NCBI GenBank assembly: GCA_030704615.1
Contig: CM060734.1
Span: 11,532,001-11,596,000 of the forward strand
From: Takakia lepidozioides
Lineage: Eukaryota; Plantae; Bryophyta
Length of the DNA stretch: 64,000 nucleotides
Reading direction: 5' to 3'
The first letter of the stretch is position 1, and every line of letters starts with the position of its first letter. Below the pieces are notes generated by a model. That model made no database searches, was not told the DNA's origin, and saw only the letters and a program-made list of their open reading frames with translations. This document shows positions 32,584-45,985 of this stretch, one piece after another. The translations under genes were made by a program, and so were the position numbers.

Positions 32584-33562
32584 GCCAACATAGGCGGTCG
32601 CTTCATTTTCAAAAACTTTAAAATAAATAACCGACCGCCAACATAGGCGGTCGCTTTATTTTCAAAAAAATTAAAATAAATAAGCGACCGCCAACATAAG
32701 CGGTCGCTTCATTTTCAAAAACTTTAAAATAAATAAGCGACCGCCAACATAGGCGGTCGCTTCATTTTCAAAAACTTTAAAATAAATAAGCGACTGCAAA
32801 CATAGGCGGTCGCTTCATTTTCAAAAAAAATAAAATAAATACGACCGCCAGCAATGGCAGTCGCTTGATTTTCAAAACAACTAAAATAAAAGCGACCGCC
32901 AGTCATGGCAGTCGCTCCATTTCCAACAACATTTTAATAAAAGCGACCGCCAGTAGTGGCGGTGGCTGGATTTACAAAAAACAAAACAATTGCGGTGACC
33001 GCCCGTAATGGCGGTCGCTCGATTTTCCTCCAAAATATAGAGAAGCGGCCGCCTGTAATGGCGGTCGCTTCATTTTCATTTTCAAAACAATCAAAATAAA
33101 TGCGACCGCCACAAATGGCAGTCGCTCCATTTCCAACCAAATTTTAAAAAAAGCGACCGCCACTAATGGCAGTCGCTGCAATTACAAAAAACAACAATAC
33201 CGGCGACCGCCCCTAATGGCGGTCGCTCCATTTTCCTCCAAGAAACAAAAAAGCGACCACCAGTAACGGCGGTCGCTTCATTTCCAAAATAATTAAAATA
33301 AAAGCGACTGCCAGTAATGGTGGTCGCTGCATTTTAAAAAATAACCATTACAGCGACCGCTAGAAATGGCGGTCGCTGCATTTTGTAAAAACAAAAACTG
33401 CCAAGTAACGGAAGTGAGGGGAGAATGACTGGGGGCTTATATGCCTCCCCCCCCCCTCATTCCTCGCTCCACGCGTAGGGCAGACCTCGTAGAAGTGACC
33501 GCCACCATGGCGGTCGCTCCATTTAAAAACAAAAAAAAACGACCGCCACAAATGGCGGTCGC
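32584..33562. repeat. Array of 18 palindromes GCGACCGCC-N6-GGCGGTCGC separated by ~26-30-bp A/T-rich spacers (period ~50-53 bp)
   Basis: Read directly from the sequence. Left units are near-identical; right units are divergent and include a 4-unit higher-order duplication. Confidence 0.93.
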
Positions 33563-34342
33563 TACATTTCGCCAAAAAAAAGTGAACCGTTTTTCCTAAG
33601 TATATCTATATAGAATTGCCAACAAACATCCCCATGCTTTTCTCCCCTCAACCCATGTTGATAAAAGTTTCTTTTCTGTTTGTTGCTTCATGAATTTCGG
33701 AGTTAAGGTCCCTTCATTGGCCTCATCTTTCCATTACCAGAGCTTATGTGTAGCTAAAAGGTAAAACTCTACATTCTGATGTAAATGGTGATGTACCTTT
33801 GCTTGTCACGAGTTGTTTTGTTTTTTTACCTTGGAGAGTTGAGATTGTAGGCATGTTTATTTCTATGGTTCCTTTGTAACCAGATCAAAGAAGAGGGAGG
33901 TCATTTATGTGATGGGGTCTGGTATGCACTCCCTTACGGGGTGAGTGCATACCACACTCACTCCATAAGGAACTGCCATACCAGGAGATGGTTGGTGGGT
34001 TCCCTCTCTCTCCCTCTCTCTCCCTCCCTCCATGGATCTGGTTGGTTCTTTTAAAACTTTGATAGTTTAAGACCAGTGGTATGTTACCTAACCCCTAATT
34101 AACCTTCTTGGAATTTGGTTAATTTCGGTTATTTACATTACCCGGATTTTTGGTATAAGGTCGGGATCCTAAGACAAAATCATTTGCCTCCCCATCGACG
34201 CGCTTAGCCCTCAATCCATTCGAGAATTTAATCGAATTTAAATGAATTTGAAGCCAGTAATTAGGTCAACACTTTCTTTTCATTGGGGGTTTCTGCCACG
34301 TATCGATTTTATTTTTGGGTCAGTTGTCTGTCTCATTGACAG

Positions 34343-34800
34343 GAATGGTTACGCACGGACACGGTGATGGAGCTTACGCTCAATTTTCTCTTGAGTTCTA
34401 GAAAGGAAATTCAAACTTCACAATTGGGTCGTTGGCTCGTTGTCTGTGCCAACTTGAAAAGCCGACATGCCGAGAATCCAGGAACATTTTCGACACTGCA
34501 GTTCAAAATGATATTTTTGAAACGCTCATGAGAGGTAAATCGAGATGTTTGGAGGCTCTGAAACCCTGCAGGCCGCAAGATAAACGTGGTGCTCGACCAC
34601 TTCCTAGACGACTTTATTTGCAGATGGACAACTCCGCCAAGGACAATAAGAACAAATGGATGCTTGCTTTCCTATCCCTCCTCACTACCAAAGATGTCTT
34701 TAAAGAGATCCAGCTAGGTTTTCTCATGGTCGGGCACACCCATGAGGATATTGACGGATTCTTCAGCTATCTCTCGAAGAAGCTAAAGGAACGCAATACG
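34343..34800 (+). mobile_element. Sola-like (DUF7869-type) DDD transposase catalytic-domain remnant
   Basis: HGHG...(*)KGNSNFTIGSL, then LYLQMDNSAKDNKNKW and FLMVGHTHEDIDGFFS. TAG at 34399-34401; similarity ends at ~34800. Confidence 0.65.
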
Positions 34801-35439
34801 GAGTGGTGTAGACCGAGAAAAGGAGGTAACCCCTCCGACTTGGAGAGGTACAGGGACTGTTGGTCAAAAGTCTGGGAGTACAACCCGACAGAACTTGCTC
34901 AATGGATCCACACTGAACAACGCCGCCACGAAAAAATATGACAAGAAATAGCACCAAGAGAATTACAGCAGTGGAAGCAGTGAAGGCGCGCGCGAATTTG
35001 GATGAGGCTAACCTTCAGCCAGATACCTGAAGGTTACCTTCTTGCGAACCACTTTCCGTCCGTGGACGAAATGTTGAGGTCATTTCCAGTCCTTCGTTTT
35101 AAGATATAAAATTTTCTTTATGTTTTTTTCCCTTTGTGTTTGCGTTGGGGGATCCTTCCTGCTCAGATGGAAAATGCCGACGAGCACATCCAGACTGTCT
35201 TAATGGTCAACCCATAAAACCCATCATTGAGGCTCCGGATATTGAGCTCACGAAACAGGAGAAGGAATGTGCCACATACAAACACAAACTGCGGGCTGAA
35301 ACGTATACTACGCCGCACCCTTTGTATATTCAACTATCAAGTTTCACTATAAGCTCGATTATTGTCGCTTTTCACTGCTGTAGTTACAAATAATATTAAG
35401 ATAATAGACCGTGTGAATTATTTTCACTACAATAGGGGC

Positions 35440-37145
35440 AATAATTACAGATGTAATGAGATATTTTCACTAACAGAGATGAGGAGAAGCTTTGGAATGA
35501 ACACTTTCCCGACCCCAGTCAATGGTAGGACAATGCAGACGAAAAGGTGAATGCATGTTGGACTACAGAAAGAAGCAGATGCTACTCAGAATTGGAACTA
35601 ATGTAAGTAGGGTTGGGGTGTTTGCTGGAAGAACACCCCGTCGGTGTCAAGCTGCTAGCAGCAAGGTTGAGGATGTATTCATATGCAATCCTCAATATGT
35701 TTTTGTCCCAACTCGCTCAAGTGCACCCACACCCCCCTCTCCCGACCCCTCCTCCTCCGCCCACGATCTAAATACTAACTCCCTTAACATCATCACCCGG
35801 AATGTCGGCTCTATGACCACTAGTATACAGAGCCTTATACATCTTCTCACAAACTCCACGCCTCCGCACATTATTCTACTACAAAAAACTAAACTACACA
35901 CCACCCGCCCTAACCGCTCATACATAAACAAGCTACTCCCGACATACTACTTCCTGTATGGCAACCCTTTGTCGGCTCCGTAATGCCTTAGGCGGCGCTC
36001 GGCCCCATATAGCCCCACCCTGGGAGGCGTTGCCATTGGCATCCTACACACGCATCATTCTCCCAGCAACACCACCTGCAGAATTCAACATGAAAAATTA
36101 GGGATGATTCTGATAACAAGGAAAAACAGACTGAAATGTGTTGAAGAAGGTGCCTTCATTAGCAGTGCCTTGTTCTATCAATTGCATTGCTGCCGCTGCT
36201 TTTTCTAGTTGATCATCTACCTACGCAGATTTCTTGAGGGTGGAAGGGGTTGGGGGGATGGGGGCATGGGGGGAGCTGTGAATCCAGGGAGGAGCGTTAT
36301 TGCCCTTAGGGTGGCAGAGAGGATGTCATTGGATAAAAATGGGAATTTATTAGTTAGAGCTGGCAAGTCTTGAGTCGGGGAGGTTAGTGTGGCAAGATGG
36401 TTGCCTAGGATTGTATGGACCACTCCGGGTTTGGATTGTAAGAGGTTGGATCTATGGTGGTTTTGGAGTGATTTTGACATGTTACTGTCAATGTGGTAAC
36501 AAGAAAGTATCGAAAAATAGATAACAAAGATGAGGAGAAGCTCTGGTATCAACACTTTTCCAACCGTGGAACAATCGAGGACAATGTGGTCAGGGCGCCT
36601 TCTTCTTCAACCTATTTCAGCATGTTTTGCCCTCTCATCAGACTCGTCCCTGATATTTGCATGTTGAATTCTGTATAGCTCGTTGGGTGGATCTGTGGTG
36701 GTTTGGAGTGACTTTGACAAGTTCCTGCCAGTGTGGCAGTAGGAAAGTATCCAAAAACATATAACAGAGATGAGAAGCTTTGGAATGAACACTTTCCCAG
36801 GTGGGACAATAGAGAAAAAGATGAATGCCTATTGGATTACATAGACATGCAGATGCATCTCAGATTTGGAACTAGTGTGATAATAAGGTTGGGGTGTTTT
36901 CTAGAAGAACTCCACACTGTCAATGTCAGCTGCTAGCAACAAGGCAAGGATGTATGCATGATTTGTACACAGGCAGGGCTAGCTGAAGGACCACGGATAG
37001 AGTGTGGGTCCAGATTCATCCAAGAGGACCAGATTTCAAACACAGGATTACTTCTGATTCCCTGTGGATCAATAGCTACAAGAAACCTGCATGGGTAGAT
37101 GGTCAACTGGAAACAGCAGCGGCAGCAGCACAATTGATAGAACCA
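35440..37145. repeat. Patchwork of PPR-gene 5'/leader-derived dispersed repeat, both orientations
   Basis: Shares blocks such as GGCACCTTCTTCAACACATTTCAG, CATGTTGAATTCTG, AGAAGCTTTGGAATGAACACTTT and GCTACAAGAAACCTGCATGGGTAGATGGTCAACTGG with 58930-60500 and 62030-63170. Confidence 0.8.
35700..36072 (+). mobile_element. LINE APE endonuclease N-terminal fragment
   Basis: LNIITRNVGSM, IILLQKTKL and GGVAI motifs (degenerate TWNV / LQETK / GGVAI); stop at 35980. Confidence 0.65.
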
Positions 37146-37231
37146 GACGACAGAGATTGCCTACAGTTAATGTAGAATTACAAGCAAGGTCACACCCAAG
37201 CTTCAACTTGAATTGCAGTGGCTGAAAGTTT

Positions 37232-40200
37232 TCAAATCGAGGGAGACTTGTTCTGCTTCTGTCTGGAGTACACTTTCACCCTCTCGCTCTGCCCCTGATT
37301 GTTGGAAAGTTCGCCAGTTATGACGAGCTTTTCGATTGAGGCATGGGAGATGCTTTTCGGAAACTCATTTGTGCCACAGCTCTTCCTCAAAGAGCCACCC
37401 TTCCTGACCGAAGGAGAAGGCAAAAGAGAAGTCATGTGAGAATCGACTTTGACCTTCATCTTCCTGATTTTCTTCAACGGGGACTTAATTGTTGTCCTAA
37501 TGGAATCTACCATTTCAATATACTCTTTCAATGACTCATTGCAATCTTGCAATGTATCATACTTGCTCCGGTTCTTGATGTTACTCGGGCTGTTGCTAGG
37601 TGATTTTCGTTTCAATTTACTGCCGACCTTTCGTATACTGGAAAATAGGAGACTTCCACTCTCCGGGGCAATTTCATCATTCTGTACTGTACTGGTGGGT
37701 GTAGTCTTCCGTATCGTAAAAGAAGGCCCCAGGCCTTGGCTTGACTTGTTTGAGAGCTTCTTCACCTGCACGTGTGGAGAATCTTCGTCGCCCTTGTGCC
37801 TCTGACTCAAAACACCCACTTTTTTCTTTTTCCTTGGTTCCTGCCACCAAAAACGAGGTGTTAATTAAGGAGTAGAGGCAGGAAATACTCCTTTCTTCAA
37901 TACTGCATTTGAAAGGAAGCCTCGCTCTCTGGCAGGTTGGCCATAGAGAATATCTCTATGTTCCTCGAACTGATTTTCCTTAACACCAGCCAAGGTCATG
38001 TCAAACAACGTTTTATGAGTACTTGACACCAGCCAGACAACAACATTCCCATACTGTAACCGTCTGCCCAACTACCTCCAACATGCATTTTTGTTGATAA
38101 AGTTTTATGCTTGCGTGCCTGCCCCTTCATAAAAAGGACAAAGAAAGGGGAGAAAAGTCCAGGTACCTTGTTGAGCTTATTAAGGTGCTTTTTCCGCTCC
38201 TTGGCACGATAGACCGCATGCTTAATGTCACTGTTATCCATCCACCCTTCTGGCCACAGCTCTGCCAACTGCGGACCATTGGCCCTCAACACCAGTTAGC
38301 CTTCTACACTTATCTCCAGAAATTGATGCATATGGTACAGCCTTGACTTTTCCCCATACACAATCACTAGGCTACTGAACCCAAAATATACCCTCGAGTC
38401 CAGATAAATCAAATAAACTGTCCAATAAATTTGCAAACTAACTGCCTAGATAGGCATGTAAGTGAAGTACATTTGGTATTCATGTATAGTACGTCGCAGT
38501 TGATGGTGTCCTCATTACCAAATTGCCAACCTTACAAAGACATGGAATTGATGGAAGGCAATTCTAATGTAGATGCATAGAAACCAATGTAGTATGTCTA
38601 TTAATTCACCTAAAAGTGCTCTGCAAAAAGACATCCCTTGTAATCTGAAAGGAGGAAACTAACCTCAACGTACAGCTTCCGGATCTGTGGACCTTTATTC
38701 TCATCCATTCCCTGTCCAAACAGCCCCCACAACCAGAGTCAAGCCATAAAATTCAGACTGTTCTCAACTTGTTAACTACATGTTTGTGTGATCTGCAGAT
38801 AATATACTACGGTGCATTGCTGTGATGGGAAATAGTAGATAATAAAGCAGTCATAGCTATTTTTCTTTAAACCGTTGAGGATGTTTGTGGACAGATTTTC
38901 CATCCTGCTACTACCTGTACATTGTGTGCAATAGACACCAATCAGAGGACATTTGTGCAGAGCCAGTGTGTCAATGAGCTTGATTGGGCTACAAATTAAC
39001 TATTGTGGCTAAGGATCTGATTGTGGCCATGTTCATTACAGTAGGCTCGGAAGAAAATTGAAAGACGGAGAAAAGGAGGAAGACCTCAAGGTACTGTTCA
39101 TAGAGATCACAGAGCCGGTCCTCAGTAGCCTGGTCCCACTTGTATTTCTTACTACTGCTGCCACCTCTCTCTGCTGAACCAGGTCGCATCTCAAAATCAT
39201 CGGAACCATCCTCGTGAAGCTCACCATCCTGGAAAGAGATCCTTAGAGAAGCCAAAATTAGAGTCTACGACTAGGCTGATGACATGAATTTAAGCCAAAA
39301 CAATTCCTGAGAAATTATTTTCCTTATGCAGCATTGAGTCTAACAATCCGTGGTGCAACTGAAAGACAGTGTAAGACTTAGAAACTCTTCCCGACTTTAA
39401 TTCTGTTTTCATCCTTTGTCACCATTGAACTGCTGCAATACAATTAACTATTTTGTGGTGGGCGAATGCTGCTGGCACACGCTGTGAGGCTTGATCACCC
39501 CAACACGTTTCACTCCTAGAATTTCTACAAGCATGGTCAGTAATTAGCACTTGAGGCCCACCTCTCACTACGTTACCTGAGCTTTAAGCGAGGAGACTCG
39601 GGATTGGACCATCTCTGTCACCTCGCGTTTGATGTCCTGTAACCGGCCTTCCTTCTCTTGCTTCGCTGTCAAACCCAGCTCCACCATTTCCTTCAAGTTT
39701 CTCTGCTACCCCGAAATATAGAGATGTACTGAATTCTTATCATTGCAGAACTTATACCACCATGCTCTCCTTACAACCATATGGAGTAAAATGAACTGCT
39801 ATGTTAGCTCCACCCTACACCGACCGTCCCAGAACAGGTGACTCTAAAAGTGAATAGCATTGAATGATGACACACAGTACACTTTGGCTACAGGGAGGAG
39901 CATGCTTTGAAATCAAATAAGATGATGAGTGTCCCAACATTCTTCTGGTGGTGTCGTACCTTGAGGGTCGGAAGTCGCATTACATGCCCGCATATCTATC
40001 GGCCCATGAGCTGATCAACTAGCTCATCTGGCACCATTTGCCACTGTCTTTGTCTGGGCTGCATTTTCACAAAGGAAATTTTCCATGAGTCCTATGCAAA
40101 AGCACCACAGACCAATATATGGGCATCTCAATTCAGTGCAACAATAAGAAACCTACAAGCTACATTTGAAAATAAAGCTTTTAGAGCTTAGCTTCAATCT

Positions 40201-43200
40201 TTCCGGGGATTATGCTGCTGAGCCTTGGTAAACTAGCGTACTTGAAGTGTTAGGCAAGCAGAACAAAAATGCCCACTCCAGGCATTGAACCTACCTGTCC
40301 ATAAATGTGAAGAGGTTGAGCACTACTGACATCGCAGTTTGGGCACACATTTGAGTATGATGTTAAGATAAATCTTGGATACATTGATAACCACAACAGA
40401 CAGTGACTGGGAATGTACCGCAAGTCTTGCAACCTTTGCAAGCCTCTGCTTCACATCACGTGGCACACGCTTGTTCTTTCCTCCTGAATGCGTAAGTTGC
40501 TCTGGTTCTTCCCCAGTTGCTGTTGGGGGACAACCTGCAACACATTCCTTCACTCGCTCGTAAAACCCCTTATCATATGAAGACAATTTGAAGAGTCAAA
40601 CTCTAGCCTACAACATATCTATCCATGGAGCGACCAGTAAACTCTGAACGCACATTATTGAGGTAACTAAAGATAAAATGAGATAACCACATCCAAGGAG
40701 CTTCTAAAGATGAGGCAAAGGCACCAGCATAAAACAGAAGTCACATGTAAGAAGAAACAACAAAAAGAAGGAAGGAAATCAGAAAGAATGCTGTCTCATA
40801 ACTTATAGAGCCAAGTTGAGAGTGCGTTAGACAAGTCAACTGTTTCCTGTATTGCAGTGATAAGCTGTAATAAGTTTCCACTGACTTCACCAGTTTATTG
40901 ACAGATGGTGCAGACGTACTAATTTGGTGTGTCAAAATGTAGCCTACAGGAATGTACAAGAGCCATGTCTAAAGCTTCCGCGCATCAAGCGAACAGGATT
41001 ACGGCGCAAGCGCTTTCTTGATATGAAATTGAATCTACTTGGAAGATATGTTTTTGTAGGTACCACAATGACGAGCGTATGGGTACAAAGAACCTACACT
41101 CAGCAACACCCCTCTCCAGATCCTGGATAGCTCGCTCCCGCATAGTGCCTTTCCGCCACAGGCCTGGACTTACATCCTTTTGACTCGGTGTTGCCACTTT
41201 CAGCTTCCAGAGCACACCCACAAAACACAAGAAGGTTCTTACTCTTGAAGTAGCAGAATGTATACCAAACGATACATAGGAGAGAACATTTTAATCAGTG
41301 AATTGCATGATTTGATCCACTGCAACCTTAAGCGTGCTATGTCCACTGGGCCTGTGCCACTGATAGTCTCTCACAACCCTGCCTTCCACAGGGTAACTGG
41401 AAGTGGTAGTGTAACAGCAAATTAAGACTTACTGGATCATAAGTTGGGGGTTTGCCACCATCTGCCTCAGAAACCCTGGTCTCCTCCTTCAAACAAGTTG
41501 TTGTATCATCACATCCATCTTCATCCCATTGCCTGGCCCTTGCATGCTCCTTTTCAAGTAGCTGGCTGAATCTTTCAGCTGGTTTTCTTCTCGCGATGAC
41601 ACAAATCCCATCGCCGATCTATGATGCTTCTTGTGTCTTCAGTGATGGCTTCCTGAGCAAGACCTACTTGCAGCCCCTTACTTTCCTTAGCCCTCACGAC
41701 CTTCCCTTGATCTCCATCACTGCCACTGAAACACATTTTCAGACTCACATGTTCATGCAAACATCATTGTATCACGAACCTTAATCACTACCGCTGAAAC
41801 CAGCGCCATCTTTCTTGCTGTTGTATACTGGCGACTTCTATCATCCTTTTCCTTTCGTGACTGTGCCACTCTACTCATTCATCCAGAGCTGGAGATGATG
41901 TTCTCTCAGGCTTGCAATGGGTGTACTAAGCTAACCTTCTCTCTCTACAAATCAAATGCAAAATTTCCTACCATAAAGGCACAAGCCTTAGACCCACGTG
42001 TAACTGATGTAAGCCGCTTCAAAGACAAACACAAAGAGGAGCCTGAAGAGAGAGCTGGGACGCACATTTTCTCAGGCGTTTTGTTGATTAAAAACCCTGA
42101 GTTTTTCAACTTTGCTTTTTGCACTTTGGAGTACTCATTCTACAACCAGCACCACCACAGTCAGGAGAAGAGAACATGGCCACTTCCTCATTCACTACGA
42201 AAGCCCCCTAGAAACTTGCTGGAGAGGAACATATAGTTCAGACAAATAGAAGGGAAGCATGAAGTCAATAGGTCAAATAGGAAAGAGAGTTGGCTAGACC
42301 ATGCGAACCTGAAAGTCAGTATTAATGAAGGCATGTGGCACCAGCTCTTTGTGGTCAATGAATGCATCTTCACTGTGGTACTGATGCTCATCTGAAAGGG
42401 CCTCTACATTCCCTCTACCTGCAATGGCTTAACCCAAGACTCTAGACTGTAGGCACCGACACTTCTACAATGCCATGCATTCGGACAGAATGCGATGTCA
42501 CACTCTGGGCTTCCCAGAGACCGCACATTTCAGTTATATCTTCATCATTGGTAAACTGCCTGGGCTATGGTGGTAGCAATGCAAATGAGTAGATTTTGAG
42601 GTGCAAGTTCCCCTAACAGTAAAATATCAATTCCCGACAGTATTTCTTCTCGTCCATATAGCTCACACACTGTTCATTCTCACCCCTGTTTATTCAAAAC
42701 CTGAAAACGTGGAATAAAACAAAGAACGAACCTACATGAGTCTCAAGTTCGCAGGGAAGCTGGAAGAATTTTGCGACCCAAGACAAGAGAATGCCCAAAT
42801 GTTCTGCATTCGTTTTCCTCTAACGACCTATTCTAGACCAGCGCTCTTTTATGACCCCAATGCTCAGCCGTCGCTGAAGGCACAAATTCAATGTCCTCGA
42901 ACAGTTTTTAACATCATAATACTTTGTGGGATCAACCACAAAGGGCAATCAACAATTTGTCTTTGGTTTACTGTGAAGGGAAAGATACCAAACAACTACT
43001 CTTCATTACAATGCTCTGGTATGGAAGTGCGTATTTTCAATTAGCTGCATTCCCCGTAAGCACTTGTAGCTTGGTTCTGGGTTGTGTACAGGCAAGGACA
43101 TTTTCAGGAATGAATTTCTTTCCCAGATCCATTGAGGTTGAGTTTCAGCCTAACGGATAAAGTCTCCTCATCCTTATCAAGTTGAGGTTCGAAAGTAAGA

Positions 43201-43570
43201 GCTGCCTTGCGGTTCCCTTCAGATCAGGGTGTCCAAGGCCAAAAAAACATCGACAAACAGAAGGAGTACATTATTCCACTTAGAGGCTTCTCGGTGCTCA
43301 AACACTGAGTGACTCTCAATTTCAAACCGGCCGCTCTTCTCATTGTTGAAACCCACCGTGCCCACAAAAACGCATAGTAGACTGAAATGTACCTCGCAGG
43401 CAATTGGCCAACACAGTGCAGGGGCATCAGAACGGCCACCCAGAGACTCGCTCTTTTGAGCATCTTTAAGCAGATCCGTCCATGAGACTTCGGTGGTTTC
43501 GCCGTCCTTCAGCTCCACGAAGAACCGCTGCCTGGAAGGCATTGCCCCGCTTCGACAGGGAGCTAGCATC
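37232..43570 (-). pseudogene. UBN: Ubinuclein (UBN1/2, HIRA complex)-like gene, probably pseudogenised, multi-exon
   Basis: Exons encode RQRFFVELKDGETTEVSW, KLKNSGFLINK, KGTMRERAIQDLE, KRVPRDVKQRLAKVARLA, RNLKEMVELGL, KYKWDQATEDRLCDLY, GMDENKGPQIRKLYVE and LAELWPEGWMDN. In-frame TAG at 39998-39996; the Hpc2-related YD.ED.FIDD motif was not found. Confidence 0.8.
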
Positions 43571-44539
43571 TTCCACTTCACCGTTTTGCGTAAAAAACGG
43601 TCAATACACTACTTAATCGACTGTAACAGCCATGGCAACGCAAGTTCAAAGTATTCCTCGTCACCTCTATTGCAAGCTTTCTTACCCGCACCCACCTTGG
43701 GTTGCCTGCTGCATGCTTTAAAGAATTTATACGCAATTCGTGGATCCACTACCGTTCACCACATTGTGAAGAAAACCCTAAGTATTTTGTACTATAGGTA
43801 GTGAAAAGAACGGATAGAACCATATAAAGAGGCAGCGACACAGGCACGTCTGACGGAATCTATACGGAAGCTTGAGTCTTCCATTCAGTACGTTAGAAAC
43901 AATGGAAACAGCTTCAGTTCAAATGCAAGTGAAAAATATTCAAACAGTAACCAAATGTGAGCATAACTACTGAAATAGACCCTCAGGGGACAGAAGTGAA
44001 TCTATGTCCCAGACATTTGCTAAAAACAAAAATCTGATAAAAATCAAGCCAGCCTGCACGGCATCATTTCTAGATATCAAACGCAATCTCCAGAAGAATG
44101 CAGTAGAACTGAAGCCTACAAAAGGACTCGCTGCTGGGGATTTTCACGACATTCCGTCACTGGTTTTTCCTAAGTGAATGGAAAGCAGAATTCATGAACG
44201 AGGAGATTTTTCTAGGAAAAGAGACGGAAAAGTTTGCACCTCCGATGGGAATTACTCACAGGGTTTCGCATCATTTGCTTGCCGGATCCATAAACTTTTG
44301 ACTGAATCCATCAAGCTACAAAGGGTCCTAGAGGAATCGGACTAGAGAAGTAGACACTGCAACCCCCGCAAAAACTGTCTCGGCAGCCATAGAATGACTC
44401 GAGAGACAAGGAGCGACAGCAAACAGGAGGAACGTGAGGGCAGCGAGAAAGGAGAGAATGGGCGGCTCCATTATAGCCCCGCTCACACCGTGTGAGCTCG
44501 ATGCGATCAAGCAGGAAAATAGGCAGAGGGTTCAAGCCT

Positions 44540-44755
44540 ACTTTGACAAGCTGAGCCGTCTGTTCCCGATCTTGTGCAGCACCGACGCTTTGTAGGAGGG
44601 CTAAGGCCAGAAATCATGAGGGCCATGTTAGGCAGACGATTTCATCACATAGAGGAGGCACTGGAAACGGCGATAGAAATAGAAAGAGGTCTTGGAAAGT
44701 TGGGTGAAACCCTACTTGAGCCTCTGGATGGTGAAGAGCTGCAAGACGCCTAGCT
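44540..44755 (+). mobile_element. Retrotransposon Gag C-terminal remnant
   Basis: RRFVGGLRPEIMRAM...FHHIEEALETAIEIE. Confidence 0.55.
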
Positions 44756-45099
44756 TTCACACATTTTACTACACACGAGGGGAAAAAGTGGGCTTGGGGT
44801 CGATTCTTGGCTGGTAAAGATCCAAACTAGTATCAGATCATTTCTGTCCAAAGAAACAATATAAGATTACTTTGCCCAAATTTAACAGAACAATTCACTC
44901 AAACAAATTGTGAGCACTCACTCTCCATTATTTTTTTAGAACAAATAAAAAACAAAAATAATTTGTATTTTTTTTAGTTTAGTTTATTGTATTTTTTAAA
45001 CGAAGGCCCGAGAGAGGCCAGTTGTATTGATAATGAGGAAAATCAAGCTTTTGAACTTTAGGAATGCGGGGCCTGGGGGCTCCGCATATGCCGGAGTCT

Positions 45100-45700
45100 T
45101 GCATTCTAGAGCAAAACATCTTGTGTATATGAAGCCAACCTGCAATATTACAGATTCAAGACATGCCCTTCAAGCAAACATCTTGGGTATGACAAAATAA
45201 TTTGCAGCCTACCTTATTAGTATTACCCCAAGACATGCATCATGCAAGGCATCTTGGGCAAGTAAGAACAACCTGCCATATTACAGATTCAAGATATGTA
45301 CACACAAGCATCTTGATGGAGCAGCCTGCAGTTTTGGCAAATTCCAAGCATGCAACCAAATAACCCTCTTGGGCATGACAAAGCATATTGCAGCCTCATT
45401 CTTTACCATTTGTAATTACCCCAAGACATGCATCATGCAAGGCCCCTTGGGTAGTTAAGAACAGCCTGCCATACTACAGATTCAAGACATGTATACACAA
45501 GCATCTTGATGGACCAGCCTGCAGTTTTTCAGTTTCCAAACATGCAACCAAGTAACCCTCTTGGGCATGACAAGACAGATTGCAGCCTCATTCTATACCA
45601 TTCATAATTGCCCCAAGACATGCATCATGCAAGGCATCTTGGGAATGGAAGAACGGCCTGTCATATTACAGATTCAAGACATAGACACACAAACATCTTG
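45100..45700. repeat. ~192-bp tandem repeat (about 3 units) built from CAAGA...TCTTG dyads
   Basis: CCAAGACATGCATCATGCAAGG recurs at ~45228, ~45421 and ~45613. Confidence 0.85.
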
Positions 45701-45985
45701 AGTGTCCGGGACCAAGCCGTCTTGGCCAAAAAATAATCCATACATTGCAGGTAACTGGCCTGATGGCAATACAAGACTAATAATCTTTGGCAAAGGTCCA
45801 GTAGAGCTTACCAACACTGTTTTCCAGGAGGCTTATGCCAGGGTTTGCAAATAAACCTCACTATGCTCCGTTCCACACCAGATTCAGGTCTGAAAGAGAC
45901 CTGTCAATGCTGCCATCTTAAAAATCAAGGCCTCCTCTTCTTTAGAACCTGACAGCCACTAAGGCCGTACCCATAAAACTCACCT

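Noticed and set aside
32584-33562. CRISPR array
   Set aside because: Spacers are related to each other and A/T-rich, repeat loops vary, no cas genes are present, and the context is eukaryotic with introns.
44328-44510. Signal-peptide-like ORF upstream of UBN
   Set aside because: Hydrophobic but short, with no downstream exon or homology recognised.
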